Under the pieces are notes generated by a model. It made no database searches, was not told the DNA's origin, and saw only the letters and a list, made by a program, of their open reading frames with translations. A DNA stretch of 64,000 bases from an uncultured Mycoplasmatota bacterium (GTDB taxonomy: Bacteria; Bacillota_I; Bacilli_A; RF39; UBA660): positions 1,046-65,045 of the forward strand of contig CAMMQC010000003.1 of the NCBI GenBank assembly GCA_946498975.1. The letters run 5' to 3'. How positions within the stretch are numbered: the stretch's first letter is position 1; each line of letters begins with the position of its first letter. Below are positions 48,627-58,687 of this stretch, in pieces. The translations under genes were made by a program, and so were the position numbers.

Positions 48627-50279
48627 TTAATCAAATAAGTTATTAAATTCATATTTAAAGACACGATAAGCATATTTCTTAGAATTGTAATTAAATTGTC
48701 TAATTAAATTACCATCATTATCATATTCACCATAAGAGTTATCTTTACCACTACCTACAACGACATTACCACCATCAAGTATTTCAACATCACTTACTAT
48801 ACTTGAGTAAGGTATTTCAAAACTCTTAACTAATTCATAAGTCTTATCATTTTCATTAACTTTATATTGATAGAAGTATGATGTTTCTCCCTCATTATAA
48901 GTACCAGTACCAGGATAATTTGACCAGTCAAAGTTAGGTCTTGTTCTAGCACCTTGATAATTGTTATTAAACATATATAAGTAATACTCTCCATCCTCTA
49001 AGTCGTCGTCTCTGTAATAAGTAATACTATGTTGTCCTGCTTGAGAAACAAAGTCTCCTACTTTTTCATATAGTAAATCACCATATGATGTATCTTCTGT
49101 AACAGATTCATCTGTTAATAAATATTTAACACTAGGGTCAGTGTAAGCATCACTAATATAGATTATAGTACTTAACTCTCTTGAACTTAAGACAATATCA
49201 TCTCCTATTAGAGATAAACTATTTAAATGAATCCAATCAAGTTCATAACCACCATAAGTATTTTTACCTTCTGGCTTAACAGCATTTAAGTAAAATTCTG
49301 GTAATAAGTCTTTCATATCAACTATTTTTTCTACTTCTTTAGTATCTAAATCTACTGTAATTATAACGTCTTCAATAGTATCAGTACCATCTTCATTAAC
49401 TAATATTACAAAACGATTATTATCTTCATCATAAACCATATCATGATGCATTGTATAGTTTCCTAAATCATAGAACTCCTCTATTTTACCTAAATCATTT
49501 ACTTTAACTATACCTTTTTTATTATAAGCATAGTACATATAATCATCTTCAAAGATAATACGATCTGCTCTATAACTATCTAGAACAAACTCTTCTCTTA
49601 GTACTCCGTCATTATCGTATAGATAAATATTAGAGTTGTAGTTTTTATCGTGTCCTAAAAGTGCATAAAGACCATCTGTTAATTCTTCTTCACTATCTCC
49701 CTCTACTACTTCTACCTGTGTATCGATATCAGCTTCAGATTTAGGCGTTGTAATAGTAAACTCATGTTCTTCATCTCCACTAGTAAGTGTTAGAGTATTA
49801 GTTTCTCCTGGAACAAATCCAACTAATTGATATTCATTACTATCTTTATGAGATATTTCTTGTTCAAAGTTACTATATCCTTCTGTTTCAATTTTATAGT
49901 CTAAATCTTCATCGCTATCAGTATAATATAAGTAGTAAGATAGTGAACCTGTTCCATATGGATTATGAATTAATAAAGGTTCTTCTAGGGTATAATCGGC
50001 TTTATCTTTTAATTCTTCTATTTTTTCTTCAATTATATTTTGATAATCTTCACTAAAAATAGATATTTCTTTATCTTTTTCTACTTCATATACTCCTTCA
50101 TTATTTTCTACAAAATTAACGTTTTCTCTTATCCAAGCTGGATCTGTTAATAGATTTTCACGATATCTATCATAGGCTCTAAAACTTAGATAAATAATTC
50201 CTGCAATTATGGCTATAATAATGATAGCTAGTAAAAACTTCTTCCAATGTTTCTTAAAAAATTGTCCTATTCTTTTCAT
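48627..50279 (-). CDS. aryl-sulfate sulfotransferase family protein
   Basis: NPYG..SL, HHD, DWIHLNS, SSR, GQH, YRV. Confidence 0.85.
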   Translation of the reverse strand: MKRIGQFFKKHWKKFLLAIIIIAIIAGIIYLSFRAYDRYRENLLTDPAWIRENVNFVENNEGVYEVEKDKEISIFSEDYQNIIEEKIEELKDKADYTLEEPLLIHNPYGTGSLSYYLYYTDSDEDLDYKIETEGYSNFEQEISHKDSNEYQLVGFVPGETNTLTLTSGDEEHEFTITTPKSEADIDTQVEVVEGDSEEELTDGLYALLGHDKNYNSNIYLYDNDGVLREEFVLDSYRADRIIFEDDYMYYAYNKKGIVKVNDLGKIEEFYDLGNYTMHHDMVYDEDNNRFVILVNEDGTDTIEDVIITVDLDTKEVEKIVDMKDLLPEFYLNAVKPEGKNTYGGYELDWIHLNSLSLIGDDIVLSSRELSTIIYISDAYTDPSVKYLLTDESVTEDTSYGDLLYEKVGDFVSQAGQHSITYYRDDDLEDGEYYLYMFNNNYQGARTRPNFDWSNYPGTGTYNEGETSYFYQYKVNENDKTYELVKSFEIPYSSIVSDVEILDGGNVVVGSGKDNSYGEYDNDGNLIRQFNYNSKKYAYRVFKYEFNNLFD

Positions 50280-50458
50280 TTTCTCTCCTCCCTAGTTAAT
50301 AATCTATCTATTATTTGTGAAATTTATATGAAATTTTTCAAAAAAACACTTGATTTAATAAAAGTTATTTGCTATTCTAATATTGCTTGAAGAAAAAAAG
50401 CAAAAAAAGCTTGCATTTCTTTCTAGTTTAGTGTAGAATGTAAATGTGCTAGCAATCC

Positions 50459-50535
50459 GGGCCTGTAGCTCAGTCGGTTAGAGCACTTGCTTGATAAGCA
50501 AGGGGTCACAGGTTCAAGTCCTGTCAGGCCCACCA
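50459..50535 (+). tRNA. tRNA-Ile(GAT)
   Basis: TT-GAT-AA loop, CCA. Confidence 0.95.
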
Positions 50536-50548
50536 TTTAATTAGATAT

Positions 50549-50625
50549 GCCTCAATAGCTCAGTTGGTTAGAGCACTTGACTGTTAATCAAGGGGTCCTA
50601 GGTTCAAGTCCTAGTTGAGGCGCCA
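50549..50625 (+). tRNA. tRNA-Asn(GTT)
   Basis: CT-GTT-AA loop, CCA. Confidence 0.95.
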
Positions 50626-50661
50626 TTTATTTTTATTTTTTTATGTCAAGAAAAAAATTAT

Positions 50662-50738
50662 GGCCAGTTGGTGAAGCGGCTTAACACACTACCCTTTCAC
50701 GGTAGCATTCACGGATTCGAATTCCGTACTGGTCACCA
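50662..50738 (+). tRNA. tRNA-Glu(TTC)
   Basis: CT-TTC-AC loop, CCA. Confidence 0.95.
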
Positions 50739-50861
50739 TAGAAAAATCCCAAGTTCCCTGTGAAAGGGAGCTTTTCCTTTTATTTTTTCTTGACATTTAT
50801 ATTTCTTTAGGGTAATATTATAAGTGTCTTATGACAAATATATTATTATTTAATGCGTTTT

Positions 50862-50952
50862 GGAGTAGTACTCAAGAGGCTGAAGAGGCGCCCCTGCTAA
50901 GGGTGTAGGTCGGGCAACTGGCGCGAGAGTTCAAATCTCTCCTACTCCGCCA
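50862..50952 (+). tRNA. tRNA-Ser(GCT)
   Basis: CT-GCT-AA loop, long variable arm. Confidence 0.93.
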
Positions 50953-50977
50953 TTATAAAAATTAAAACTTACTAGTA

Positions 50978-51700
50978 TTAAACTGGTAAGTTTTTTCTTA
51001 TTATTTCAATATCATCCGCTAGGTTATACCATTTAATTTGCACTATAAACTTATCAATGTCATTATTACGTCCTTTAGATGCAAAAATCAGCCTAGAAAA
51101 ATGAATTGTTGATGATGGTTCCTTCTTCAAAGAAAGTAGCAGTTTAATTATTTCATCTTTAGTAATATAAGTAAAATTATCAACTGTTCCATGTATCAAG
51201 ATATCTGTACTTCCTATTACAAAACGATTAATTAATTTGATAAGTAAATCCTCATGTTTCATAAAATACTTATTAACTTTTCTAATTTTTCTTTTAAGTT
51301 TTAACTTATAATCAGGAAAAGTTAAAGTTCTTTTACCAGTTCCATTACGAGTACCATCAGCAAAGAAATAATCTAGTATTATTTCTATAATCTTAGTGGG
51401 AACTTTTTCTTCTTCTAAGAACTTAGTAAAATTATAGATATACTCATTATGAACAGTATTACATTTACCCATTTTAATACTAATAGATTTCTTTACTTTG
51501 CCTACTTTAATCCAGATATCTTCTTTAGTTCTCTCAAAATTAACATAGGCAGTTATTTTCATATCATTGTTAATATACGGAAAGTTGGCAAGCAAGAACT
51601 TTCTAAACATAAGATTTACTTCTCCTACTTTTTTACCGTTAAGGTAGTTGAAGAAGTCCCATTCGTTGTCAAAACCGTAGTTTCTTTTTACTGTCATCAC
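50978..51700 (-). CDS. PD-(D/E)XK restriction-endonuclease-like protein
   Basis: GF.NE helix, KEDI...ISIK. Confidence 0.55.
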   Translation of the reverse strand: MMTVKRNYGFDNEWDFFNYLNGKKVGEVNLMFRKFLLANFPYINNDMKITAYVNFERTKEDIWIKVGKVKKSISIKMGKCNTVHNEYIYNFTKFLEEEKVPTKIIEIILDYFFADGTRNGTGKRTLTFPDYKLKLKRKIRKVNKYFMKHEDLLIKLINRFVIGSTDILIHGTVDNFTYITKDEIIKLLLSLKKEPSSTIHFSRLIFASKGRNNDIDKFIVQIKWYNLADDIEIIRKNLPV

Positions 51701-51757
51701 CTCCTATAATAATAATTAACCAAATATAAAAAAATGCTCCAAAAATTTTCGAAGCAT

Positions 51758-54124
51758 TTATATTTTTAACTTTTTAACAATTTTATCTACTAATATTTCA
51801 AATAGTTTATATAGTTCGTGAGATGCAAACATTAGAATAAATGTTATAAATATCATTAAGTAATCAAAATGAGTAATTGAGAAAAGTGTCGTTAAGTTCA
51901 TAATACAGTAGATGAATAAATAGAACATTAGTGCAAAGAGAATTAGACGAACTCTATTAAATGGTTGACATACTTTATATAAAAGAATAAATGATACATA
52001 GGCAGTAATTGTTAAAGATAGTGTTGATATTTTAGCATAAGTTAGACCGATAGCACTACCAAACAAAGTAATAATAACAATATTAATAACAATAACAAAA
52101 GCAGGTGGTGCTGATTTTTTCAAGACATTAATTAGGAAGTTACCTTCTACTCTATCTTTATTAGGCTCCAAAGCTAGTATAAATGAAGGTATTCCTATAG
52201 TTACAACACTTGATAAAGTTAGTTGAACTGGAATAAATGGATATGATTCTTCTAAAAATAGGAAGATAAAGGCAAGTAATCCGGCATAAATTGTCTTAAC
52301 TAGGAAAAGTGATGCTGATCTTTGTAAGTTATTTATACTTCTTCTTCCTTCTAAAACAACACTAGGCATAGAATCAAAGTTAGAGTCTAATAAGACAAGT
52401 TGTGAGACACTTCTTGCAGCATCTGTACCACTAGCCATAGCGATAGAACAATCTGCTTCCTTTAAAGCAAGACAGTCATTTACTCCATCACCTGTCATGG
52501 CAACTGTATTACCTGCATCTTTTAAGGCTTTAATTAAGATATGTTTTTCTTCTGGTTTAACTCTACCAAAAACATCATATTTAAGAGCCGCTTCTTTTAT
52601 TTCTTTCTCACTATTTAAAGTAGACAAATCAATCGCTTTTAAGTTATCCCCTACTTTAGCACGTTTAGCGATATTTAAAACGGTATTTTTATTATCACCT
52701 GAGATAATCTTAACTTTAACTCCTTGGTCTTTAAAGTACTTAATCGTAGATTCTGCTTCTTTTCTAATCTTATCTTGAAGTAGGACAAAACCTAGTAATT
52801 TTTGTTTTTCATTTTTCTTATTATAATTACTATACTCTACCACTGCCACTACTCTAGCATCACTAGTTAGATTATCCACTTCATCTTTATATTTCTTATA
52901 ATCTTTTAATAAAAACTCAGGGGCTCCTATAAAAATCGCTTTTCCATTTTTTAATATAAGTCCTGAACATTTAGTAGTAGAATTAAATGGTACAATTTTC
53001 TCATAATCTAAAGCATTCTTATTATAAAAAGCATTCTTTAAAGCTTTGGCAGTAGGATTATCATCATCAATAATATGAACTATAGTTCCAAGTAAATCTT
53101 TTAACTCTACTTTAGACATTTCTTTATCTATAACATCTTTTACTTCCATAACACCTTCTGTAATTGTTCCTGTCTTATCAAGACAAATTACATTTACTCT
53201 TGCAAGTGTTTCAATACAGTATAAGTCTTGGACAAGTACTTTTTTCTTTGATAGTCTTATAACACTAACGGCAAAGACTGTACTTGTTAGTAATACTAAA
53301 CCTTCTGGTATCATACCAATAAGAGCAGCGACAGTATTAACAACAGCATTTTCAAAAGTATTATCAGGAAGAAACATTTGTCTTGCAAATAAAAGTATTC
53401 CTAAAGGGACAATGACAAAAGAAATTGTCTTAACTATTTTATTTAAACTTCTCATAATTTCACTAGATACTTCTTTAATATATTTAGTATCACTACTTAT
53501 TTTAGCAGTATAGTTATCATAACCAATATGCTCTACTTTACAAGCACAAGTACCACTTACAAGAAAACTACCTGATAAAAGCATATCTCCTTCTTTTTTC
53601 AAAACATTTTCTTCTTCTCCTGTAATAAATGATTCATCTACTAGGACTTCTCCTTCTTTAATGATAGAGTCTACTACTATTTGATTGCCACTAGTAAATT
53701 TAACTATATCATCAAGTACTACTTCATCAAGAGATACTTCTTCTATTTTTGAATCTCTTATTACTTTAATCTTATGCTCTGATACTACACTTAACTTATC
53801 TATTGTATATTTAGATCTTAACTCTTGAATGGTACTAATTAAAGTATTTAGGACGATTATAATTATAAAAGTTAAGTTTTTAAAAGAACCTACTGATATT
53901 ATAGCGACTGCTAGGACAATATTAATGATATTAAATAGAGTAAAGACATTTTCTTTTACAATTCCTTTAACACTTTTAGTTTTTACATCAGTATTAAAAT
54001 TAACTAAATTATTTGTAAATCTCTCTTCTACTTGTTTATTAGTCAAACCTCTTTTTATATCAGGATTATATCTTTTAATTTTCTCTTTCATAAGTACACC
54101 TTCATTTCTATTTAATAATAACAT
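51758..54124 (-). CDS. cation-translocating P-type ATPase (CtpE-like)
   Basis: TGE, IPEGL, DKTGT, SGDN, TGDGVND. Confidence 0.92.
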   Translation of the reverse strand: MLLLNRNEGVLMKEKIKRYNPDIKRGLTNKQVEERFTNNLVNFNTDVKTKSVKGIVKENVFTLFNIINIVLAVAIISVGSFKNLTFIIIIVLNTLISTIQELRSKYTIDKLSVVSEHKIKVIRDSKIEEVSLDEVVLDDIVKFTSGNQIVVDSIIKEGEVLVDESFITGEEENVLKKEGDMLLSGSFLVSGTCACKVEHIGYDNYTAKISSDTKYIKEVSSEIMRSLNKIVKTISFVIVPLGILLFARQMFLPDNTFENAVVNTVAALIGMIPEGLVLLTSTVFAVSVIRLSKKKVLVQDLYCIETLARVNVICLDKTGTITEGVMEVKDVIDKEMSKVELKDLLGTIVHIIDDDNPTAKALKNAFYNKNALDYEKIVPFNSTTKCSGLILKNGKAIFIGAPEFLLKDYKKYKDEVDNLTSDARVVAVVEYSNYNKKNEKQKLLGFVLLQDKIRKEAESTIKYFKDQGVKVKIISGDNKNTVLNIAKRAKVGDNLKAIDLSTLNSEKEIKEAALKYDVFGRVKPEEKHILIKALKDAGNTVAMTGDGVNDCLALKEADCSIAMASGTDAARSVSQLVLLDSNFDSMPSVVLEGRRSINNLQRSASLFLVKTIYAGLLAFIFLFLEESYPFIPVQLTLSSVVTIGIPSFILALEPNKDRVEGNFLINVLKKSAPPAFVIVINIVIITLFGSAIGLTYAKISTLSLTITAYVSFILLYKVCQPFNRVRLILFALMFYLFIYCIMNLTTLFSITHFDYLMIFITFILMFASHELYKLFEILVDKIVKKLKI

Positions 54125-54186
54125 AAATTTATATATTTATAAACTGTTAAACGCGTGCTATAATAAGGGCAAAGAAGGAGGAATTT

Positions 54187-55038
54187 ATGAGAACTTTTAT
54201 TAATTATTTACTTACAATTGCTTTATTTATTGCAGTTATTGTTACTATTACGGTATTTACTGTAGGTAGTCTAACAAGTCCAAGTTCTACAAGAGAAATA
54301 CTTGATAATATTGATTATGAGGTTGTAGTTGATGATTTTAAAGAGACTGATTATGGAACTGAGATTTATAATTATGCAAATAGTTATGGTGTTTCAGAAG
54401 AACAAGTTGATTCTATTTTACAAACAGATGAAGCGAAAGATTATGTTAATGAAATATTACAACAAGGAATTGATGCTTATTTAAATAATGGTAGTATTGA
54501 AGTTAATGAGGAGACTAGAGAATTTATTGATAAGGCAAATGAGAAATATGAACTTAATTTGGATGATAACGAGAAAAGCGAATTAGAAAGTTATGCAAAT
54601 GAAGCGATTAATGATAATTTAAGCGTTGTTATTAATGGAACTAGTAGTAATGATAGTGATGAAGAAGTATCTAGTAGTGGACAGTTTTTAGTTGATATTA
54701 TTAAGCTTTGTAGGGATGATAATTTACATACTACTCTTTATATAATAATCGCAGTTATTGCAGTATTATTATTTATAAGTAGCTTTAAGAAGAAGAACTT
54801 TTTAGAATATATTGGTATTGTTTCTATAACAGTAGCAATATCTACTCTATTATTTAATGGATTAATGGCTTTAGTAAGTGATAGAATGTCTAGTGTTGCA
54901 AACGCTACTATTATCTTAAAGCCTGTTACTGATACATTCTATATGATTACATTTATTGGTATTATTCTTGGTATAGTTTTACTTATTGTACAGCATTTTA
55001 TTAATAAACAAGTTAATAAAGAAGTTGTTCCTTTCTAA
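54187..55038 (+). CDS. hypothetical membrane protein
   Basis: One N-terminal and three C-terminal TM segments. Confidence 0.7.
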   Translation: MRTFINYLLTIALFIAVIVTITVFTVGSLTSPSSTREILDNIDYEVVVDDFKETDYGTEIYNYANSYGVSEEQVDSILQTDEAKDYVNEILQQGIDAYLNNGSIEVNEETREFIDKANEKYELNLDDNEKSELESYANEAINDNLSVVINGTSSNDSDEEVSSSGQFLVDIIKLCRDDNLHTTLYIIIAVIAVLLFISSFKKKNFLEYIGIVSITVAISTLLFNGLMALVSDRMSSVANATIILKPVTDTFYMITFIGIILGIVLLIVQHFINKQVNKEVVPF

Positions 55039-55053
55039 AAAGTATGTTATGAT

Positions 55054-55734
55054 ATGAAACACTGGGAGGATTATGCTATGATAGATGCAGATAATTTTAT
55101 AAGCAATATGAACGGTGGTATAAACGGTAATTACAACGAAGATATATTTAAATCACGTTTAGAAGAAATAAATAACAATATTAACAATTTAAATTCTGAA
55201 ATTGATAAGTGGAAAGGATACAAAAAATTTAACAGGTATGATGTAATAGCAATTATCATTACGAGTTTTTTTGCTTTAATTAATTCCTCAAGTTGTCTTA
55301 TAGGAATTACATGGGTAATTGTATATAGAAAACTTATAGTTTCTAAAATTATAGTTCCTCATGTAATCAAGGATTTAAAAAAGGATTTAAAATGTGAACA
55401 AAAGAAACGAAAACAAGAAATTGAGCGATTTGAGAAATTTGAAGAAAAAAGAAAAGAAATGCTTAAAGACGATAAAGATTATAAGAAGATAAGAAAAAAT
55501 CTATTAGAAAGAATTGATGATTTGGATAAAGAGGAGTTACTTGCTATTAGAACAGTTGTTACTGAATATACAACTAATAAAGATATTCCTAGTCAAGTTG
55601 GCAATATTGCTCAGTTTTTAACCGAAACTCAAGTTGGTGATGTTGAGATTAAAGATACATCCTTATATAATATGCAAATGGATGATGAAGCTAATAGTAA
55701 GGGTAAAAGTAAAGATAAAGTTATGGAAGGGTAG
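55054..55734 (+). CDS. hypothetical coiled-coil protein with hydrophobic hairpin
   Basis: ORF composition. Confidence 0.6.
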   Translation: MKHWEDYAMIDADNFISNMNGGINGNYNEDIFKSRLEEINNNINNLNSEIDKWKGYKKFNRYDVIAIIITSFFALINSSSCLIGITWVIVYRKLIVSKIIVPHVIKDLKKDLKCEQKKRKQEIERFEKFEEKRKEMLKDDKDYKKIRKNLLERIDDLDKEELLAIRTVVTEYTTNKDIPSQVGNIAQFLTETQVGDVEIKDTSLYNMQMDDEANSKGKSKDKVMEG

Positions 55735-55739
55735 TAGTT

Positions 55740-56324
55740 ATGTTTAAAGAACTTTTAGATGATGAGACTTTTTATGGTAAAAATTATCTTGATGATAAGT
55801 TTCCTGATACTTCATATTATTTAAGTTTTAGAAATTGTACTTTTACTAATATAGACTTTAGTAATTGTGATTTAGAGAAAATAGATTTTATGAATTGTAA
55901 ATTTAAGTCTTGCGATTTTCGTAATTCTAACTTTAGTAATAATGGGATTAAAGAATTAACTTTTAATAATTGTAATTTATTAGGAATAGATTATAGTAAT
56001 AGTATACTTATAGATACTACTATTAGTGATTGTAATTTGGATTATGCTAATTTTTCTAGTACGAGGTTTAAAAACTTTAAGTTTGTTAATTGTTCTTTAA
56101 AAAATTCTAGTTTTGAAGAAGTTAAATTTAAGAAAATAGAATTTGAAAACTGTGATTTAACAGATTCTTTATTTATACATACTTCTTTAGATAAAATAAA
56201 ATTAAATACTTGTAATATTAAAAATATTAAAGTATCTTTAAATGACTTGAAGGGGGTAGTAGTTAATAGCTTTCAAGCCTTGGATTTAAGTTTGTTATTA
56301 GGTATTAAAATAGAAGAAGAGTGA
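55740..56324 (+). CDS. pentapeptide repeat protein
   Basis: F.NC.F / CDF.NS.F five-residue periodicity. Confidence 0.85.
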   Translation: MFKELLDDETFYGKNYLDDKFPDTSYYLSFRNCTFTNIDFSNCDLEKIDFMNCKFKSCDFRNSNFSNNGIKELTFNNCNLLGIDYSNSILIDTTISDCNLDYANFSSTRFKNFKFVNCSLKNSSFEEVKFKKIEFENCDLTDSLFIHTSLDKIKLNTCNIKNIKVSLNDLKGVVVNSFQALDLSLLLGIKIEEE

Positions 56325-56328
56325 TGTT

Positions 56329-56472
56329 ATGAATATATATGCCCATAGAGGTTTATTTGATAATAAAAAAATAGTTGCTACTCATATGCGTAATAGTACT
56401 AGAGAATTTGCTTTAGATAATCCTATTAAGAATTTAATAATACCAACGGAGAATTTTGAAATAAAATTATAG
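56329..56472 (+). pseudogene. 47-codon chimeric remnant beginning with glycerophosphodiester phosphodiesterase N-terminus
   Basis: MNIYAHRGLFDNKKIV followed by unrelated sequence. Confidence 0.55.
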
Positions 56473-56567
56473 TGTTATAGCGATTTTTTGACATTTTGAC
56501 ATTTTGTAACAAAAAATACTTTATTTTTTAGAGTTTCTATGCTATAGTATATGAGTAATCAGTTTAT

Positions 56568-56643
56568 GGGCTGTTAGCTCAGTTGGTAGAGCAATTGACT
56601 CTTAATCAATGGGTCTAGGGTTCGAATCCCTAACAGCCCACCA
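56568..56643 (+). tRNA. tRNA-Lys(CTT)
   Basis: CT-CTT-AA loop, CCA. Confidence 0.95.
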
Positions 56644-56685
56644 TATATAGAGATTTAACTAGGTCTTTTGGCTTAGTTTTTTTAT

Positions 56686-57222
56686 TTATATTTTTAAAGG
56701 AGAATCTATAATATCTCTATCTAATACTATATTTTTTATATCTACTAAATCCATTTTTATCATCTCATCTTCTTCAAATAAAATAAAATTTGTAATTATC
56801 CCCTTATCTTTTTCATTAATTATATAACCATTTAATATTTCATTATTTTTAAGTTCTACAATAACTGGTTGATTAGAAAAACTATAAACTTTATTGGATA
56901 ATGCTATTTTTTCTTTAGTAATTTCATACTGTTCAACTGGTAAATATTTTTCTGGTATTTTAAAAGTTGTAATTAATCTTCTTGTATTTTTTGTAAGTAT
57001 ATAAATATTATCTTTATATACTTTCGCTATTTTTCCATTAATAGATTTACTAGTAAGATATTGATGAAACTTTCCTTCATACATTCCCTTAGTCTTACCT
57101 TTTCTACTAACAGTGTTTAATAGTGATATATGGCTTTGATTAGTCACAACTCTTTCTCTAATTCTTTTTCTAGCATGTTTTGTTACTCTTCCCATAATTA
57201 ATTCCCCTTTTCTTATATTCAT
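56686..57222 (-). CDS. hypothetical protein (TKHAxxRxxER N-terminal domain, possible Sm-like C-terminus)
   Basis: RVTKHARKRIRER, LITTF, VIVELKNNEILNG; probable start at MGRVTK. Confidence 0.6.
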   Translation of the reverse strand: MNIRKGELIMGRVTKHARKRIRERVVTNQSHISLLNTVSRKGKTKGMYEGKFHQYLTSKSINGKIAKVYKDNIYILTKNTRRLITTFKIPEKYLPVEQYEITKEKIALSNKVYSFSNQPVIVELKNNEILNGYIINEKDKGIITNFILFEEDEMIKMDLVDIKNIVLDRDIIDSPLKI

Positions 57223-57562
57223 TTGTTATCCACGTCATGATTACTTTTACTATAAAATTTACTTCCACATCAGTTAGTTCTCTGTTTTTTGGAATACCAT
57301 ACCATTTATTTAGACAACCACGACAGCAGGTAGCAGTTGCGTGTTCTGCAATAAAAACAGGGTGACCTCTCATAGGTGTTTGTTTACCATCATTAGGAAT
57401 AACACTTGGCTTTAATCTTTTATTTATAAAGTCATAAGCATGTTCTTTAACTTTGCCTAATCCTTTTTTATCAATATATTCTATATCTTTTTCTTTAAGA
57501 TGAAAACTACTTCTAAACTTTGACTTAGATAATCTATATAATAAATAATTTATATCTTGCAT
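57170..57562 (-). CDS. DUF4186 family protein
   Basis: SKFRSSF, NDGKQTPMRGHPVF.A.HATATCCRGCL. Confidence 0.88.
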   Translation of the reverse strand: MQDINYLLYRLSKSKFRSSFHLKEKDIEYIDKKGLGKVKEHAYDFINKRLKPSVIPNDGKQTPMRGHPVFIAEHATATCCRGCLNKWYGIPKNRELTDVEVNFIVKVIMTWITNEYKKRGINYGKSNKTC

Positions 57563-57613
57563 TAAAACACCTTCTTTACAAAAACACTTTCTATAATTAT
57601 ACTACCACATGAG

Positions 57614-58114
57614 GTGGTATTTGTGAAAGTAGTTCATCCATTAAAACCAATTTATAATAGTGAGTCTAAAGTTTTAATATTAGGAAGCTTTCCTTCTATT
57701 AAATCAAGAGAAAATAGTTTTTATTATGCTCATCCTAAGAATAGATTTTGGTCTACTTTAGAAAAGGTATTTAAGGAAGATATTAGAAGTTCTAATCAAG
57801 ATAGAGAAAAGTTTCTCTTAACTCATAAAATCGCTCTTTTTGATGTCGTATATAGTTGTAATATAACAGCATCAAGTGATAGTAGTATTAAAGATGTTAT
57901 ACCTAATGATATTAAGAAAATTGTTGATAATAGTAATATTGAAGCGATATTTACAACTGGTACTAAGGCATATAGTTTATATAATAAATATCTTCTTAAA
58001 GATGTAGGGATAGAAGCGATTAAACTTCCATCTCCATCCCCTGCTAATTGTAAAAAAGGGATAGAAGAAGTATTAGTTAATAGTTATAGCAAAATAAAAG
58101 AATACTTAGATTAA
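57614..58114 (+). CDS. UDG-superfamily DNA-deoxyinosine glycosylase
   Basis: LILGSFPS, YYAHPKNRFW, LPSPSPAN. Confidence 0.88.
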   Translation: MVFVKVVHPLKPIYNSESKVLILGSFPSIKSRENSFYYAHPKNRFWSTLEKVFKEDIRSSNQDREKFLLTHKIALFDVVYSCNITASSDSSIKDVIPNDIKKIVDNSNIEAIFTTGTKAYSLYNKYLLKDVGIEAIKLPSPSPANCKKGIEEVLVNSYSKIKEYLD

Positions 58115-58129
58115 TTTAGTCTAAGTATT

Positions 58130-58348
58130 TTATTTAACAACTTCTTCACTATTTACAGGAAAATCAAGATTATTAAGTAGTTCTTTAATTTTTTCACTTA
58201 CTTTCTCATTTTTAGACTCTACAATAACTTCTCCAGTATTATAATCGGCTTCAACATCTTTAACTCCTTTTATCATCTTTAAAGAGTTTTTTATTCTATT
58301 TTCACATCCTGTGCAATGCATATTAGAAACATTATATTTTATTTTCAT
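58130..58348 (-). CDS. heavy-metal-associated (CopZ-like) chaperone
   Basis: MHCTGC. Confidence 0.85.
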   Translation of the reverse strand: MKIKYNVSNMHCTGCENRIKNSLKMIKGVKDVEADYNTGEVIVESKNEKVSEKIKELLNNLDFPVNSEEVVK

Positions 58349-58447
58349 TATTAACCTTTCCTTTCTTTATAATTACAAACAAAATTTCTATTAAAAAACG
58401 TATCTTGTTCGATTGTTTTATTTTAATATATATGTTACATTATTAAT

Positions 58448-58687
58448 GGAATATCTAGTTGTTTAGGTACTATCCCCCTAACTTATACTAATTTATATAA
58501 TGTGAAAGGGGAATTGATAATATGAGAAAAACAGAGAAATATCTTTGCAACATCATTATATTACTTATCATTGTAATTATTATCATTCTAATAAAATTAG
58601 TACCAACTACTTGAGTCGGTACCATCTTTTAAATTAAATTTTAAGGGATAGTACCTAACATAGGAAAACTAGGTATTCCCTTTTTTT
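58448..58687 (+). repeat. bipartite terminal inverted repeats enclosing the peptide gene
   Basis: 58448-58460 pairs with 58667-58679 (one G-U); 58463-58476 pairs perfectly with 58645-58658. Confidence 0.8.
58522..58614 (+). CDS. 30-aa hydrophobic peptide, candidate type I toxin
   Basis: MRKTEKYLCNIIILLIIVIIIILIKLVPTT; AAAGGGG RBS; flanked by long inverted repeats. Confidence 0.6.
   Translation: MRKTEKYLCNIIILLIIVIIIILIKLVPTT

Noticed and set aside
56485-56506. TTTTGACA tandem duplication upstream of tRNA-Lys
   Set aside because: Too short and low-complexity to interpret
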